Source of the DNA: Candidatus Levyibacteriota bacterium
GTDB taxonomy: Bacteria > Patescibacteriota > Microgenomatia > Levybacterales > UBA12049
Length of the DNA: 64,000 bases
Direction: 5' to 3'
NCBI GenBank assembly: GCA_030651475.1
Contig: JAUSEW010000027.1
Location: 41,553 to 105,552 of the forward strand
Shown: positions 20,347-30,476 of the stretch, piece by piece
Layout: each line of letters opens with the position of its first letter
Numbering within the stretch: the stretch's first letter is position 1
Notes under the pieces: generated by a model
Told to the model about the DNA's origin: nothing
Database searches by the model: none
The model's input: only the letters and a program-made list of their open reading frames with translations
Position numbers and translations under genes: made by a program

Positions 20347-21168
20347 TTATCTGTAAATTCCAGTTACTAATGCAAGTGCTTTATCAACGCGTTCTATGTT
20401 AGAATCATTATCGGATGAGCGCATCTCTATAGAAATCCATTTATTATCGTTATAATTCAGTTTTTTTAAAACTGCGGCAATTTTTCCATTATCAACTTTC
20501 CCTTCTTTTTCTATGGGTTCAAGGTATGGTTCGCTAATATGAAAATGCTTAAGGATGCTTAAGCCATTTTTTATAGAGTCTTCGTAGGATTCTCTATTTA
20601 TCGTCATAGTGCTTGTGTCAAGATGAAGTCTGAAATGGGGATGATTAACTGCTGTTACCAGTTTTATTGCGTCATTGGTATTGAGGATAAAATCCGCACC
20701 GTACTGCGGAGGATTTGGCTCAATGCAGAAAAATATATTATATGGTCGGCAAATTTCTGCGATTTTGTAAAAAAATTCACAGGCGATTCCTAAAGCTTTA
20801 TTATGTTCTAACCCATTAACTTTTCTATTCTTGGGAGATCCAAATACCATTATTCTGGAGTCTAAAAGAAATGATAAGTGGATAATACGAGAAATGTAGT
20901 CTATGGTTTTTGCCCTTGTTTCTTTAGAATCAAATATGGTTAATTCCGGATGACCAAATAAAAGAGATTGCATAGCGATAATACGAATGCCATTATCTAG
21001 CCAATAATTTTTATATCTTTTTACCTCTTTATCGTTTGCCTCAAGGGGATTTTTCCAAATTTTTGTTGGGGCAACTTCTATTCCGGAAATTTTGTATTTT
21101 TTCAATATCTTTGCAATTTCCCCATCTTCTTCTTTGTTCCAGGCGATATTTGAGATTGCTATATTCAT
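20347..21168 (-). CDS. Sugar-phosphate isomerase/epimerase (xylose isomerase-like TIM barrel)
   Basis: AISNIAW, GIEVAPT, VFGSPKNR, CIEPNP, HFHISEP and SIEM motifs. Confidence 0.85.
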   Translation of the reverse strand: MNIAISNIAWNKEEDGEIAKILKKYKISGIEVAPTKIWKNPLEANDKEVKRYKNYWLDNGIRIIAMQSLLFGHPELTIFDSKETRAKTIDYISRIIHLSFLLDSRIMVFGSPKNRKVNGLEHNKALGIACEFFYKIAEICRPYNIFFCIEPNPPQYGADFILNTNDAIKLVTAVNHPHFRLHLDTSTMTINRESYEDSIKNGLSILKHFHISEPYLEPIEKEGKVDNGKIAAVLKKLNYNDNKWISIEMRSSDNDSNIERVDKALALVTGIYR

Positions 21169-21932
21169 TTTATTTTGCTTTTTATAAATTCCTTAAGTTC
21201 ACTTAATGTTACTTCTTTATCGTATAGGTATTTAGTTTTTGACCCATATAAATAACCGTATTTGGTGAGCATGTTATAGTTTACAGGCGGATTTTTCGTA
21301 ACATTAGTAAAATCCAAATCAAGCGTATATTTAGCAACCTCTTTTACGGAAAGAGGCTCTACGGCTAGATGAACTAACTTAAGGGAATTTTTTATAGCGA
21401 GCTGTATGTCTTTCCAGATATTTTCCAAATTGTACCACTGAAACTTGTTTTCTTTATGAATTAAATCCCAGCGGTTATTGTATATTAAGTCAAAAACAGC
21501 ATTTTTTTTAAGGCCTTCGCCAAAAGTTTGCGGCAATCTGATAATAATTGCATTAGGAAACGTTTTTGCTATGAATTTTTCAAGGTTATATCGATTACGT
21601 CCATACCCTTGAGTGAGTTTTGCAGGATTAATCAGAGTATCTTCGTCTACGTTATAGGGGTTTGGATATACATCCACTGTCGATATTAGGATAAAAAGCT
21701 TTGTTTTAATATGTTTCAAGCAATCAATAAATTTCTCAATTTTTTCCCAGTCTTTTTTCGGTTCGAGATTTGCTTGCCATTTCAAAGACGCAGTTGCGGC
21801 GCTTACTACCAAATCGTAGTTTTTACCCCCTATATCTTTAATGTTTTTGGAATTATATAAATCGTCAAATTTTGTTTGTTGGATAAGATTTCCACCAATA
21901 AAACCACTATAGCCTATTAAAGCAGATAACAT
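21165..21932 (-). CDS. NAD(P)-dependent epimerase/reductase-like protein (atypical SDR)
   Basis: ALIGYSGFIGGNL, ISTVDVY, YGRNR and IRLP motifs. Confidence 0.8.
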   Translation of the reverse strand: MLSALIGYSGFIGGNLIQQTKFDDLYNSKNIKDIGGKNYDLVVSAATASLKWQANLEPKKDWEKIEKFIDCLKHIKTKLFILISTVDVYPNPYNVDEDTLINPAKLTQGYGRNRYNLEKFIAKTFPNAIIIRLPQTFGEGLKKNAVFDLIYNNRWDLIHKENKFQWYNLENIWKDIQLAIKNSLKLVHLAVEPLSVKEVAKYTLDLDFTNVTKNPPVNYNMLTKYGYLYGSKTKYLYDKEVTLSELKEFIKSKIK

Positions 21933-21935
21933 AAG

Positions 21936-22931
21936 CTAAACCACATTTACGTTTCGTTTTTTTCTAAGAATTACTGATTTGTCTATCTCATCAGCTATAA
22001 AATAAAGCGGTTCATTTCGGGACTCATTCATTATTCTTATAATGTATTCGGAAATTAGAGTTAATAAGGAAAATAATAGAAAAAACATAGTGCCTAAAAC
22101 CGTAGCGACGCTAATCCAGCCCTGCGGAGCAATATTTTTCCCAAAAAATAATTCAAGTAAAACTATAATAAAGATATAGATTATAAAAAGTAAGCTAAAT
22201 AGCATTCCCAAAAAGCTAAATATTCTCATTGGCCTAAATGAGTTTGAAATAATTATGTCAGCTACATTGAGAAGAAGTACGGGAAAGCTTTCTTTCTTTA
22301 GTTTGTAACGGAAGGTCTTTAAAGGTTTATAATCAACTGCGCACTTTTTAAACCCAATTAGATAGTTGATATAGCTAAAATTTCTGCTTTTTCTTCGTGT
22401 GCGAGTTATAGAATTGATTGCTTTTCTATTCAACGCAATTAAATAATTTTGGCTGTAATAAAATTCGTGGGTGGAGATTTTTTTTACGATTCTCAAAAAA
22501 AGACTGCTTAAGAATCCGTATCTTGTGATATCTTTTGACGGTTTTCCGATTACAACGTCGTAATCTTCCAAAAGCTTATTTGTCAAAACAGCAAGCATTT
22601 CCGGCGGATCCAAATATATATTAAATAAAATAGCGTAATCTCCGATGCAGTTATCAAGTCCCGCTGTTAGAGCGATTTCTTTATCGTATTGTTTAGACAG
22701 CCTTAAAGTTCTAATATAGGGAATAGTTTTTCCTATTTTTCTTATTTCCTGTATTGTGTTATCCAAAGAATTATTATCAACGACCAAAATTTCGTAATCT
22801 ACATCAAGTTTCAAAAGTTCTTTATTTATCTCTTTTAACCTATTTCCCACAATGTCTTCGTCGTTTTCTGTGACGACGATTACGGAAACTATCGCATCTT
22901 GCAGTAATAATTCTCTGTGTTGCTTCTTCAT
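21936..22931 (-). CDS. GtrB-like GT2 with degenerate DxD motif
   Basis: VDNNSLD and ALTAGLD motifs; 'FNIYLDPPE' replaces DxDLQDPPE; two C-terminal TMs. Confidence 0.8.
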   Translation of the reverse strand: MKKQHRELLLQDAIVSVIVVTENDEDIVGNRLKEINKELLKLDVDYEILVVDNNSLDNTIQEIRKIGKTIPYIRTLRLSKQYDKEIALTAGLDNCIGDYAILFNIYLDPPEMLAVLTNKLLEDYDVVIGKPSKDITRYGFLSSLFLRIVKKISTHEFYYSQNYLIALNRKAINSITRTRRKSRNFSYINYLIGFKKCAVDYKPLKTFRYKLKKESFPVLLLNVADIIISNSFRPMRIFSFLGMLFSLLFIIYIFIIVLLELFFGKNIAPQGWISVATVLGTMFFLLFSLLTLISEYIIRIMNESRNEPLYFIADEIDKSVILRKKRNVNVV

Positions 22932-23068
22932 TCGCTTTAAATTATATAATATCTGGTTATGTTATGTCTAATTAGATGTGGTGGGAAAGCAAAACCGTTT
23001 CCTCCCAATAGCGGTAGACTAAAAATCTTTGATACATTTGTTTAAAAGAAAGCTGTATAATTGAAGTA

Positions 23069-23827
23069 ATGAAGACTACTATCAAAAGCCCAAAAGTAAT
23101 CGGGATTATCTTGACATACAAACACGCATCTTTTTTGGAAGACCTCTATCACAGTTTACCGGAAGGGGTTTTCGATAGCATCATTGTTTCCAATGACGAG
23201 AGTGGAGATAACATTGGCGTTATTGCCGAAAAGCTTGGTATTCCATATTTTTCCCACCCGCGCTTAGGATACGGAGGTAACATTAAATATGGATTACAAA
23301 AAGCTCTTGAAATGGGTGGGGAATATATGGTGGAAATCCACGGAGACGGACAGTATGGTACTTTGGGTATCATCCCGGGAATTCAAAAAATGAAAAAAGG
23401 TTATGATTTTATCTTAGGTTCGAGATTTACAGATTTAAATCTTCCCTTAAAAGATAAAATGCCGTTTCTTAAGTATTTGGCGAATATCGGCTTGAGTTTT
23501 CTTGATCGTCTAATCCTGCGGTTGCCGCTTTCCGAATTCCACACAGGCTTTCGCATCTACAGCCGGCGGCTTTTGACCAAAGCTGACTTAAAACATACAT
23601 CCAATGATCACTTATTTAGTTTTCAGATAATCGCTCTTGCCGCATACCATAATTTAAAAGTAGGGGAGATTCCTGTGAGAGGTGATTATGCTCACGAACA
23701 TAGTTCGATTAGCATTAGGGAGTCTGTTAAATATACCTTTCAGACATTTGACGTTTTAGCGCAGTATCTTTGGACTCGTTTGGGATTTGAGACCAAGCTT
23801 TTTAAACGTAGCAAACACTCTATATAA
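23069..23827 (+). CDS. GT2, polyprenyl-phosphate glycosyltransferase-like
   Basis: GYGGN, HGDGQY, LGSRF and SEFHTGFRIYS motifs. TATAAT lies 7 nt upstream of the ATG. Confidence 0.85.
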   Translation: MKTTIKSPKVIGIILTYKHASFLEDLYHSLPEGVFDSIIVSNDESGDNIGVIAEKLGIPYFSHPRLGYGGNIKYGLQKALEMGGEYMVEIHGDGQYGTLGIIPGIQKMKKGYDFILGSRFTDLNLPLKDKMPFLKYLANIGLSFLDRLILRLPLSEFHTGFRIYSRRLLTKADLKHTSNDHLFSFQIIALAAYHNLKVGEIPVRGDYAHEHSSISIRESVKYTFQTFDVLAQYLWTRLGFETKLFKRSKHSI

Positions 23828-25055
23828 TTGTTACCTTCGGAATCGGCACTATAAATTTAACGTTTTTGTTTTTTAGCCACGACTCATTTTTCATAATTGA
23901 GGAAGCGTAATTCCATGCCAAAATTAAAACATAATCGGGAAGATTTTTTTTGATGTGTTCAGGCGGTAATATAGGAATGTGTGTGCCTGGAGTAAATTTT
24001 CCCTGTTTAAATGCGGTCGTGTCTGCAATATAGTCAATTATCTCTGTTCCAATCCCGCAATATTGAAGTAAGGTATTGCCCTTGGCAGCTGCGCCATAAC
24101 CTACTATTTTTTTATTTTGTTTTTTTAGACCGATCAACAGTTTCAATAGTTTTTTCTTGATTTTTTGCGGAACAGTGCCGAACTTCTTGTATGTCTTAAG
24201 ATTATGGAGGCCGTTTTCTTCTTCAAGGTTTTGCATTTTCAGGACTCTTTTGTTAACAGGGAACAATAAGGGCTTATGTCCGGCGAATACGCGTATAGAT
24301 CCGCCTTGAGTATCAACACGCTCAACATCAAATATTTGTAATCCCCAGATATCCAAAAGCTTTACCAAGGGGAAAAGTGAAAAATAACAGATATGCTCAT
24401 GGTAGGTGTTATCGAATTCATTTTTCTTAATTAAATCGCCTAAATATTGCACTTCGAATATAAAAATGCCTTTTTCGTCAAGCAATTTTTTCACGCCTGC
24501 AATTATTCCATGCAAGTTGTTTGTATGGGCTAGAATATTATTGGCGGTGATTATACCGGCATGACCGTATTCTTTCACAATATTTTTGGCAACGTTTAGA
24601 TTAAAAAACAGAGCTTTGGTTTCAATACCATTTCTTCTGGCTATTCTAGCAACATTTTTTGCCGGATCAACGCCTAATACCTTAGCGCCTAATTTTTGAA
24701 AATGCTTAAGAAGTATGCCGTCATTGCTGCCAATATCCAGAATGAACTGTTTTGTTTGGGTAGGAAATTTTCTGTAAACATCTTCAGCGTACTTTCTAAA
24801 ATGCTCATGTAACGGTTGTGATGCCCCGGTAAAATAAGCATAGTCTTCAAACAGCATTTTCCTATCGACCCAATCTTTAAGCTGCGCCAGATGACACGCT
24901 GGGCAATAATAAACCCGTAGCGGGAATTTAAGCTCCGGGCGTTTTAGACCCGCCTTATTTAGGCAAGAATTGGCAAGCGCGATTTTACCAAGATCCAAGT
25001 ATTTAATAAGACGTGGATTACTACAGATAATACATTTTTTATTCTTCTTAAGCAT
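23820..25055 (-). CDS. NDP-hexose C-methyltransferase (TcaB9/TylC3-like)
   Basis: CIIC...CPACHLAQL Zn site, DIGSNDG, YHEH, YGAAAKGNT and ILAWNY motifs. Confidence 0.92.
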   Translation of the reverse strand: MLKKNKKCIICSNPRLIKYLDLGKIALANSCLNKAGLKRPELKFPLRVYYCPACHLAQLKDWVDRKMLFEDYAYFTGASQPLHEHFRKYAEDVYRKFPTQTKQFILDIGSNDGILLKHFQKLGAKVLGVDPAKNVARIARRNGIETKALFFNLNVAKNIVKEYGHAGIITANNILAHTNNLHGIIAGVKKLLDEKGIFIFEVQYLGDLIKKNEFDNTYHEHICYFSLFPLVKLLDIWGLQIFDVERVDTQGGSIRVFAGHKPLLFPVNKRVLKMQNLEEENGLHNLKTYKKFGTVPQKIKKKLLKLLIGLKKQNKKIVGYGAAAKGNTLLQYCGIGTEIIDYIADTTAFKQGKFTPGTHIPILPPEHIKKNLPDYVLILAWNYASSIMKNESWLKNKNVKFIVPIPKVTII

Positions 25056-25108
25056 TAATGTGCATTTTCACATACAATGGGCAAAGAAGTCAAGACGATA
25101 CTTAAGCC

Positions 25109-26740
25109 CTAGTTGGGGTATATAATTTTATATAATTGCTCATCTTGTTCCCCGTTAATTAATTTAAGTCCGGGATAATCTTTGGGGTTAGTTGAAAGAA
25201 ATAAAACAGCAGGATGCAATTCGCCTGGAGTTGCAATAATGTAGTCGGCTTTTTGCAAATGAGCATAAGTCAATAATTCGTTTAAATCCGAAACAACAGG
25301 CGTATATATAATAAGACTTTTGCTGTAAAAGCCATATGCTTCATGCTTTGACATAAGTCTTTTCCCTGGATCATTTTTCATTAACCATTCATCCTGACTA
25401 ATAATGGTAGATTTTTTAATTGATGTATTTTTTATCTCCTTTAGGATCGATGGCGTGTAAAAAGCATTTGATGATAAAAACACAATAAAAAACAATATTA
25501 GACTTACAATATTAAATTTCATTATTTTTTTTTGTATGTAAGACAACTTGATTGATCCAAAAGCTATGCCTAAAGGTATAAGCGGGTATAGCCAGTATAT
25601 ATATCTTTCATCCCCATTGGGAGCAAAAAACATGACAATTTCAAAGAAAATCAAAGGAACCAGGAATAGAAATGTAAATGTATTATAATCGCGAGTTTTA
25701 AAAAGCATCCATATCGCTCCAAAGAAAAAGGCAAGCATGCCAACCGCAGAAAAGTTTTTATATAGATAGGTTTGTGAGAAATAGTCGAATCTGGTATTGG
25801 CATCTCGGAACCACGCTTCATGAGTTTTTGTTAAAATAGAGAAAAATCCTTTGCCAAATTCAGATTTGACATTAAATGTCTCTGTGCTAAAAAAATCCTG
25901 CGCCCAAGTAGAAGTTTTTGCAGTATTAAAATTAAAAGGACTGTGTAGTTGTGCAGCCGCAGACGCTTTTGCGAGAGGAACAGATTGTTTATATTTATTT
26001 TGCATTGCTATTTGATAAGGTAAATATATAATGGAAAATCCTAAAAGTATAAAAATAGAGATTAAGGCAATTTGTTTATGTAATACCTTATTTTTTAGAA
26101 AGAAAAATACAAGATACATTGCTGATGTGAAAAGAAAACTCGTAAATATAAAAATCCCTTCAGCTTTAGTAAGCGCTGCAAAGCTTAAAAATATTCCGGA
26201 AAAGAAAGCAAAAATATTTCTTTTTGTTTGAAAGCACTTTAAATATAAATAAATCCCCATCCATATTAGAAAAACAAGTAATGCTTCCGTAAGTGCTTGG
26301 GTAGAACTATACGCAAGAGATTTAAAGAATATGACAAAAAAGCATATTAAGATTGTGGTAATTCGGCCAAAATAAACCCTTGAGATTAGATATATTGGTA
26401 GAATAAGTAGAGATCCAAAAACCAAAGATACAATTCGACCAGTCAATCCCCAATCCTGTACAAAGAAATGGAAAAGAGCAGATACTATTGGGAAAAACGG
26501 ACTCCACCACGGATGAAAAATTTTTGCAAAATCCCCATCAAGCAAGCTTCTTGCAATGTCCATATAGATAGCATCATCGGAATATAAACCGTAGGATGGT
26601 TGGCTAAAGAGCACAATATACCTAACACTGAAGCTAAGGAAAACAAGAAATAACAAAAGCAATAAGTCAAAATTAAGAAAAATCTTCTTTGATAAAAATT
26701 TGAGAATATGACTTATGCTATTAATTATCTTAATTAACAT
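25109..26740 (-). CDS. GT-C (ArnT/PMT-like) membrane glycosyltransferase
   Basis: SDDAIY loop, SPFFP, TEAL, LTKAEG and DERY motifs; many TMs. Confidence 0.78.
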   Translation of the reverse strand: MLIKIINSISHILKFLSKKIFLNFDLLLLLFLVFLSFSVRYIVLFSQPSYGLYSDDAIYMDIARSLLDGDFAKIFHPWWSPFFPIVSALFHFFVQDWGLTGRIVSLVFGSLLILPIYLISRVYFGRITTILICFFVIFFKSLAYSSTQALTEALLVFLIWMGIYLYLKCFQTKRNIFAFFSGIFLSFAALTKAEGIFIFTSFLFTSAMYLVFFFLKNKVLHKQIALISIFILLGFSIIYLPYQIAMQNKYKQSVPLAKASAAAQLHSPFNFNTAKTSTWAQDFFSTETFNVKSEFGKGFFSILTKTHEAWFRDANTRFDYFSQTYLYKNFSAVGMLAFFFGAIWMLFKTRDYNTFTFLFLVPLIFFEIVMFFAPNGDERYIYWLYPLIPLGIAFGSIKLSYIQKKIMKFNIVSLILFFIVFLSSNAFYTPSILKEIKNTSIKKSTIISQDEWLMKNDPGKRLMSKHEAYGFYSKSLIIYTPVVSDLNELLTYAHLQKADYIIATPGELHPAVLFLSTNPKDYPGLKLINGEQDEQLYKIIYPN

Positions 26741-26848
26741 TTAATATATATTTATTTACACGTAATTATAGCATACGCAGTAAGGGGATCAAGCGTTAGT
26801 TTATGTATTTTCATTCAGTTTAATAGTATAATGTTTACTTAGGATCTA

Positions 26849-27679
26849 ATGAAAAATATTTTAGTTTCTGCAATTATATCAACGAAGAATGAAGAATCTG
26901 TTATCGAAAAACTTCTTTTAAGCTTGAAAAGGCAAGCATATAAATTTGTTGAAATTATTGTAGTTGATAATAATTCTTCGGATAAGACAAAGATTATCTC
27001 GAAAAAATACGCAGATTTTGTATTTAATAAAGGTCCGGAAAGAAGCGCTCAAAGAAACTTCGGCGCGCAAAAAGGTAAGGGAGAATATTTATTGTTTTTG
27101 GACGCGGATATGGAGTTAACGCCGACAGTAATCGAAGAATGCGTTAAAATAGCTCAAAGTTCATCTTTTGGGGGAGTAATTATTCCGGAAGAATCATTTG
27201 GGAAAGGTTTTTGGGCGAAGGTTAAGGCTTTTGAACGCAGCTTTTATGTAGGAGATACTGCTATGGAAGCAGCGCGTTTTTATTCAAAAAAAGTTTTTAA
27301 TGAATTAGGAAAATTTGACGAAACCATTACGGGGCCAGAAGATTGGGATCTGTCAGACAGAGTAAGTAAAAAGTTTGATATTGGAAGAATAAAAAGTTTC
27401 ATATTGCATAACGAAGGAACGTTGTCCTTATGGAAACTTTTGAAAAAAAAATATTACTATGCAAAAGGAGCAAGAAACTATATATCCAAGAATAAAATTA
27501 GCACTTTTTCTCCAAAGACGATATCCTTTTTAAGGTCGTCATTCTATAGAAATCCCGAAAAGATTATATTTCATCCTATTCTATTTTGTGCTATGATGGT
27601 AATGCTTTTTGCAGAGCTAGTTGCCGGTGGAATCGGTTATTGTAGCACTGCATTTTTTGGTAAAAAAAACAACTTATGA
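26849..27679 (+). CDS. GT2 glycosyltransferase
   Basis: VDNNSSD, GPERSAQRNFG, FLDADM and GPEDWD motifs. Confidence 0.92.
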   Translation: MKNILVSAIISTKNEESVIEKLLLSLKRQAYKFVEIIVVDNNSSDKTKIISKKYADFVFNKGPERSAQRNFGAQKGKGEYLLFLDADMELTPTVIEECVKIAQSSSFGGVIIPEESFGKGFWAKVKAFERSFYVGDTAMEAARFYSKKVFNELGKFDETITGPEDWDLSDRVSKKFDIGRIKSFILHNEGTLSLWKLLKKKYYYAKGARNYISKNKISTFSPKTISFLRSSFYRNPEKIIFHPILFCAMMVMLFAELVAGGIGYCSTAFFGKKNNL

Positions 27680-28665
27680 AAAAAATCTTAGTAACTGGCG
27701 GAGCAGGCTATATAGGTTCCGTATTGACTGCAGATTTACTGGATAAGGGATTTAAAGTTAGAGTATTTGATAGATTTATGTTTGGGGGAGAAAGTCTGCT
27801 TTCTTTCGTAAACAACAAGAATCTCGAGATTTTGAAGGGAGACGTGAGGGATAGCGATAGGCTTAAAATTGCAGTTAACGGTGTAGATAGCATAATTCAT
27901 TTAGCTGCATTGGTCGGGGAACCTGCCTGCAGGGAAAATCCAAAGGTTACGAAAGAAATTAACCATAAAGCAGCAGGGGAATTAGCGAGTCTTGCTAGAG
28001 AAAACGGCGTAGAACGCTTCATTTTCGTATCCACATGCAGTAATTATGGAATTTCTAAAGCAAATGAAAAGGCTACGGAAGAATCGGAGCTTAACCCGCT
28101 TTCTTTATACGCGGAGACAAAAATTGAAGCGGAGAAGTTTATTTTAGGGTTAACTTCTGATAATTTTCATCCAACCGTTCTTAGACTTGCTACCATATTC
28201 GGATTATCTCCAAGAATGAGATTTAATCTAATGGTAAATGAAGTAGCAAGAGAGACTGCAGTGAGTGGTAAATTTTCCATATATAATAAAAACGCGTGGA
28301 GGCCATTTCTTCACGTCCAAGATGTAAGCAATGCATTCCTAACGGTTTTACAGTCAAGTAATAATCAAATAAGTGGGAAGATTTTTAATGTTGTCGGAGA
28401 GAATATCCAAAAGGCTTATCTTATAGAACTTGCCAAGAAATTTAATCCGCAGTTTGAGATTGAAGTAAATGAAAGCGGGAAAGACGACAAGAGGGACTAT
28501 AGAGTATCAGCAAATAAAATTATGGATAAACTAGGCTGGAAACCAAGAATAACTGTTAAGGATGGATTTTTGGAAATATTTAATGCCGTAAGAAATGGTT
28601 TATTTTTAGATCCGTATGAGTTCAGATATAATGCTTGGTTTGATAATAAAGTATTTAAAAGATGA
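27676..28665 (+). CDS. NAD-dependent epimerase/dehydratase
   Basis: TGGAGYIGS, HLAALVG, STCSNYG and YAETK motifs. Confidence 0.92.
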   Translation: MKKILVTGGAGYIGSVLTADLLDKGFKVRVFDRFMFGGESLLSFVNNKNLEILKGDVRDSDRLKIAVNGVDSIIHLAALVGEPACRENPKVTKEINHKAAGELASLARENGVERFIFVSTCSNYGISKANEKATEESELNPLSLYAETKIEAEKFILGLTSDNFHPTVLRLATIFGLSPRMRFNLMVNEVARETAVSGKFSIYNKNAWRPFLHVQDVSNAFLTVLQSSNNQISGKIFNVVGENIQKAYLIELAKKFNPQFEIEVNESGKDDKRDYRVSANKIMDKLGWKPRITVKDGFLEIFNAVRNGLFLDPYEFRYNAWFDNKVFKR

Positions 28666-29390
28666 AAAATATTATCGAAAAATTAAAGATTTACGGTCCC
28701 AAAACTTTTTTTTCATTCGCTATAAGCGAATTAAGAAATAAATTATTAATGCAATTAATAAAAGGATCTTATAGCCAGAAGGGCGAAGATTTGATAATCG
28801 ATAAGCTTCTCGAAAATAAAAAAAGAGGTTTCTATGTAGACGTAGGAGCTTATGATCCGAAACGCTTTAGCAATACCTATCGTTTTTACCAAAAGGGATG
28901 GCGCGGAATAAATATAGAACCAGATACACTTAATTACGAAAAGTTTTTAGCTGAAAGGAATAGAGATACAAATCTTAATATTGGAGTGGGAAATGGGGAA
29001 TCGAGTTTGGTTTTTTATAAATTTGTTCCGGATACGCTTTCTACATTTTCGAAAAAAGAGGCAGGGGAGTACAAAAAACAAGGATACAGATTGGTAGACA
29101 CAATAAAAGTTAAAATAGAGAGTCTTTCTAGTATATTTTCAAAATATTGCAAAAACAAAAAGATTGATTTTATTTCTGTGGATACAGAGGGTTATGATTT
29201 GGAAGTGCTTAAAAGCAACGATTGGGATAAATTTAGGCCGACTCTAATATGTGTCGAATCATTTGAACACCATAAAGGCGGGGGAAAAGCTATAGAATAC
29301 GATTACATAGAGCCTTTTTTGTCTAAAGTTGGATATAAGAAAGTTTTTGAAAACGGACTAAACTGTATCTACACGCTTAAAAGCGTTTAA
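28662..29390 (+). CDS. FkbM-family methyltransferase
   Basis: YSQKGED, YVDVGA, GWRGINIEP and SVDTEGYDLEVL motifs. Confidence 0.92.
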   Translation: MKNIIEKLKIYGPKTFFSFAISELRNKLLMQLIKGSYSQKGEDLIIDKLLENKKRGFYVDVGAYDPKRFSNTYRFYQKGWRGINIEPDTLNYEKFLAERNRDTNLNIGVGNGESSLVFYKFVPDTLSTFSKKEAGEYKKQGYRLVDTIKVKIESLSSIFSKYCKNKKIDFISVDTEGYDLEVLKSNDWDKFRPTLICVESFEHHKGGGKAIEYDYIEPFLSKVGYKKVFENGLNCIYTLKSV

Positions 29391-29393
29391 TGT

Positions 29394-30476
29394 ATGAAGA
29401 TTATTAGACAGATGGATCCCTGGATTGACAGGGAAGAAGAAAAAGAAGTAATTAAGGTGATGCGATCCGGATGGATAACTGAGGCTGACGAGACAAAAAG
29501 ATTTGAAAAGATGATCGCAGATTTTACAGGGAGTAAGTATTGTTCTGTCGTAACTAATGGAACCGTAAGTCTCTATCTCGCACTTAAAGCATTAGGAATT
29601 GGGGAGGGGGATGAGGTCATCGTGCCGGACATGACAATGGTAGCTTCTCCAAATGCGGTTATTATGGCGAATGCAAAACCTGTTTTTGTAGACATTGAGA
29701 AAGACACATTATGTCTTTCCTTAGATGAGGTTGAAAAAAAGATTTCTAAAAAAACTAAAGCAATTATGATTGTTGCTCTTAACGGTAGAGCGCCTGATAT
29801 GCATAGAGCTCTTAAAATCGCAAAAGACAATAATCTATTTGTTGTTGAGGATGCAGCGCAAGCTCTTGGCTCTTACTTTCATGGAAAACATTTGGGAACG
29901 TTTGGGGATATCGGAAGTTTCTCATTCAGTACCCCAAAAGTGATTACAACAGCCCAAGGAGGAGCGCTTGTTACCGACAGAAAAGACCTTTACGATAAGA
30001 TAATCCGACTGAAAGATTTTGGGAGAGTTAATAGATCATCCCAAAATCACGATGAAATTGGTTTTAATTTTAAGTTTACAGATATTCTCGCAGCAATAGG
30101 AGTCGTACAGATGAAAAAGCTGCCAACGAGGCTTAATAGAAAAAAAGAGATGTACAATAGCTACAAGCAAGAGCTTAAGAATCTAAAGCAAATACAATTT
30201 ATAGCTACAGATCTTTCTCAAACATCTCCTTGGTTTATGGATATTTTTGTTTCCGATCCAAAGGCTCTTCAAGGTTTTCTGAAAAACAAAAATATAGGAA
30301 CCAGACTTTTTTATCCTGCTATTCATACAACCGAACCGTATAAATCAGAAAATCAATATAAAAATTCTTTATGGGCATCGGAGCATGGATTATGGCTTCC
30401 ATCATCAGCTTTCTTAACAGATTCTGATATAATGCATATCTGCAAAGAAATAAAAAGTTTTTATGAAAAAAACTGA
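29394..30476 (+). CDS. DegT-family aminotransferase (perosamine synthase-like)
   Basis: EDAAQALG and SFSTPKVITTAQGG motifs; sits just upstream of the Gmd-like gene. Confidence 0.9.
   Translation: MKIIRQMDPWIDREEEKEVIKVMRSGWITEADETKRFEKMIADFTGSKYCSVVTNGTVSLYLALKALGIGEGDEVIVPDMTMVASPNAVIMANAKPVFVDIEKDTLCLSLDEVEKKISKKTKAIMIVALNGRAPDMHRALKIAKDNNLFVVEDAAQALGSYFHGKHLGTFGDIGSFSFSTPKVITTAQGGALVTDRKDLYDKIIRLKDFGRVNRSSQNHDEIGFNFKFTDILAAIGVVQMKKLPTRLNRKKEMYNSYKQELKNLKQIQFIATDLSQTSPWFMDIFVSDPKALQGFLKNKNIGTRLFYPAIHTTEPYKSENQYKNSLWASEHGLWLPSSAFLTDSDIMHICKEIKSFYEKN

Noticed and set aside
22960-23030. Slightly GC-rich intergenic stretch as an ncRNA or riboswitch
   Set aside because: Pairing is weak and short with no recognisable family motif; it is adequately explained as a divergent promoter region.
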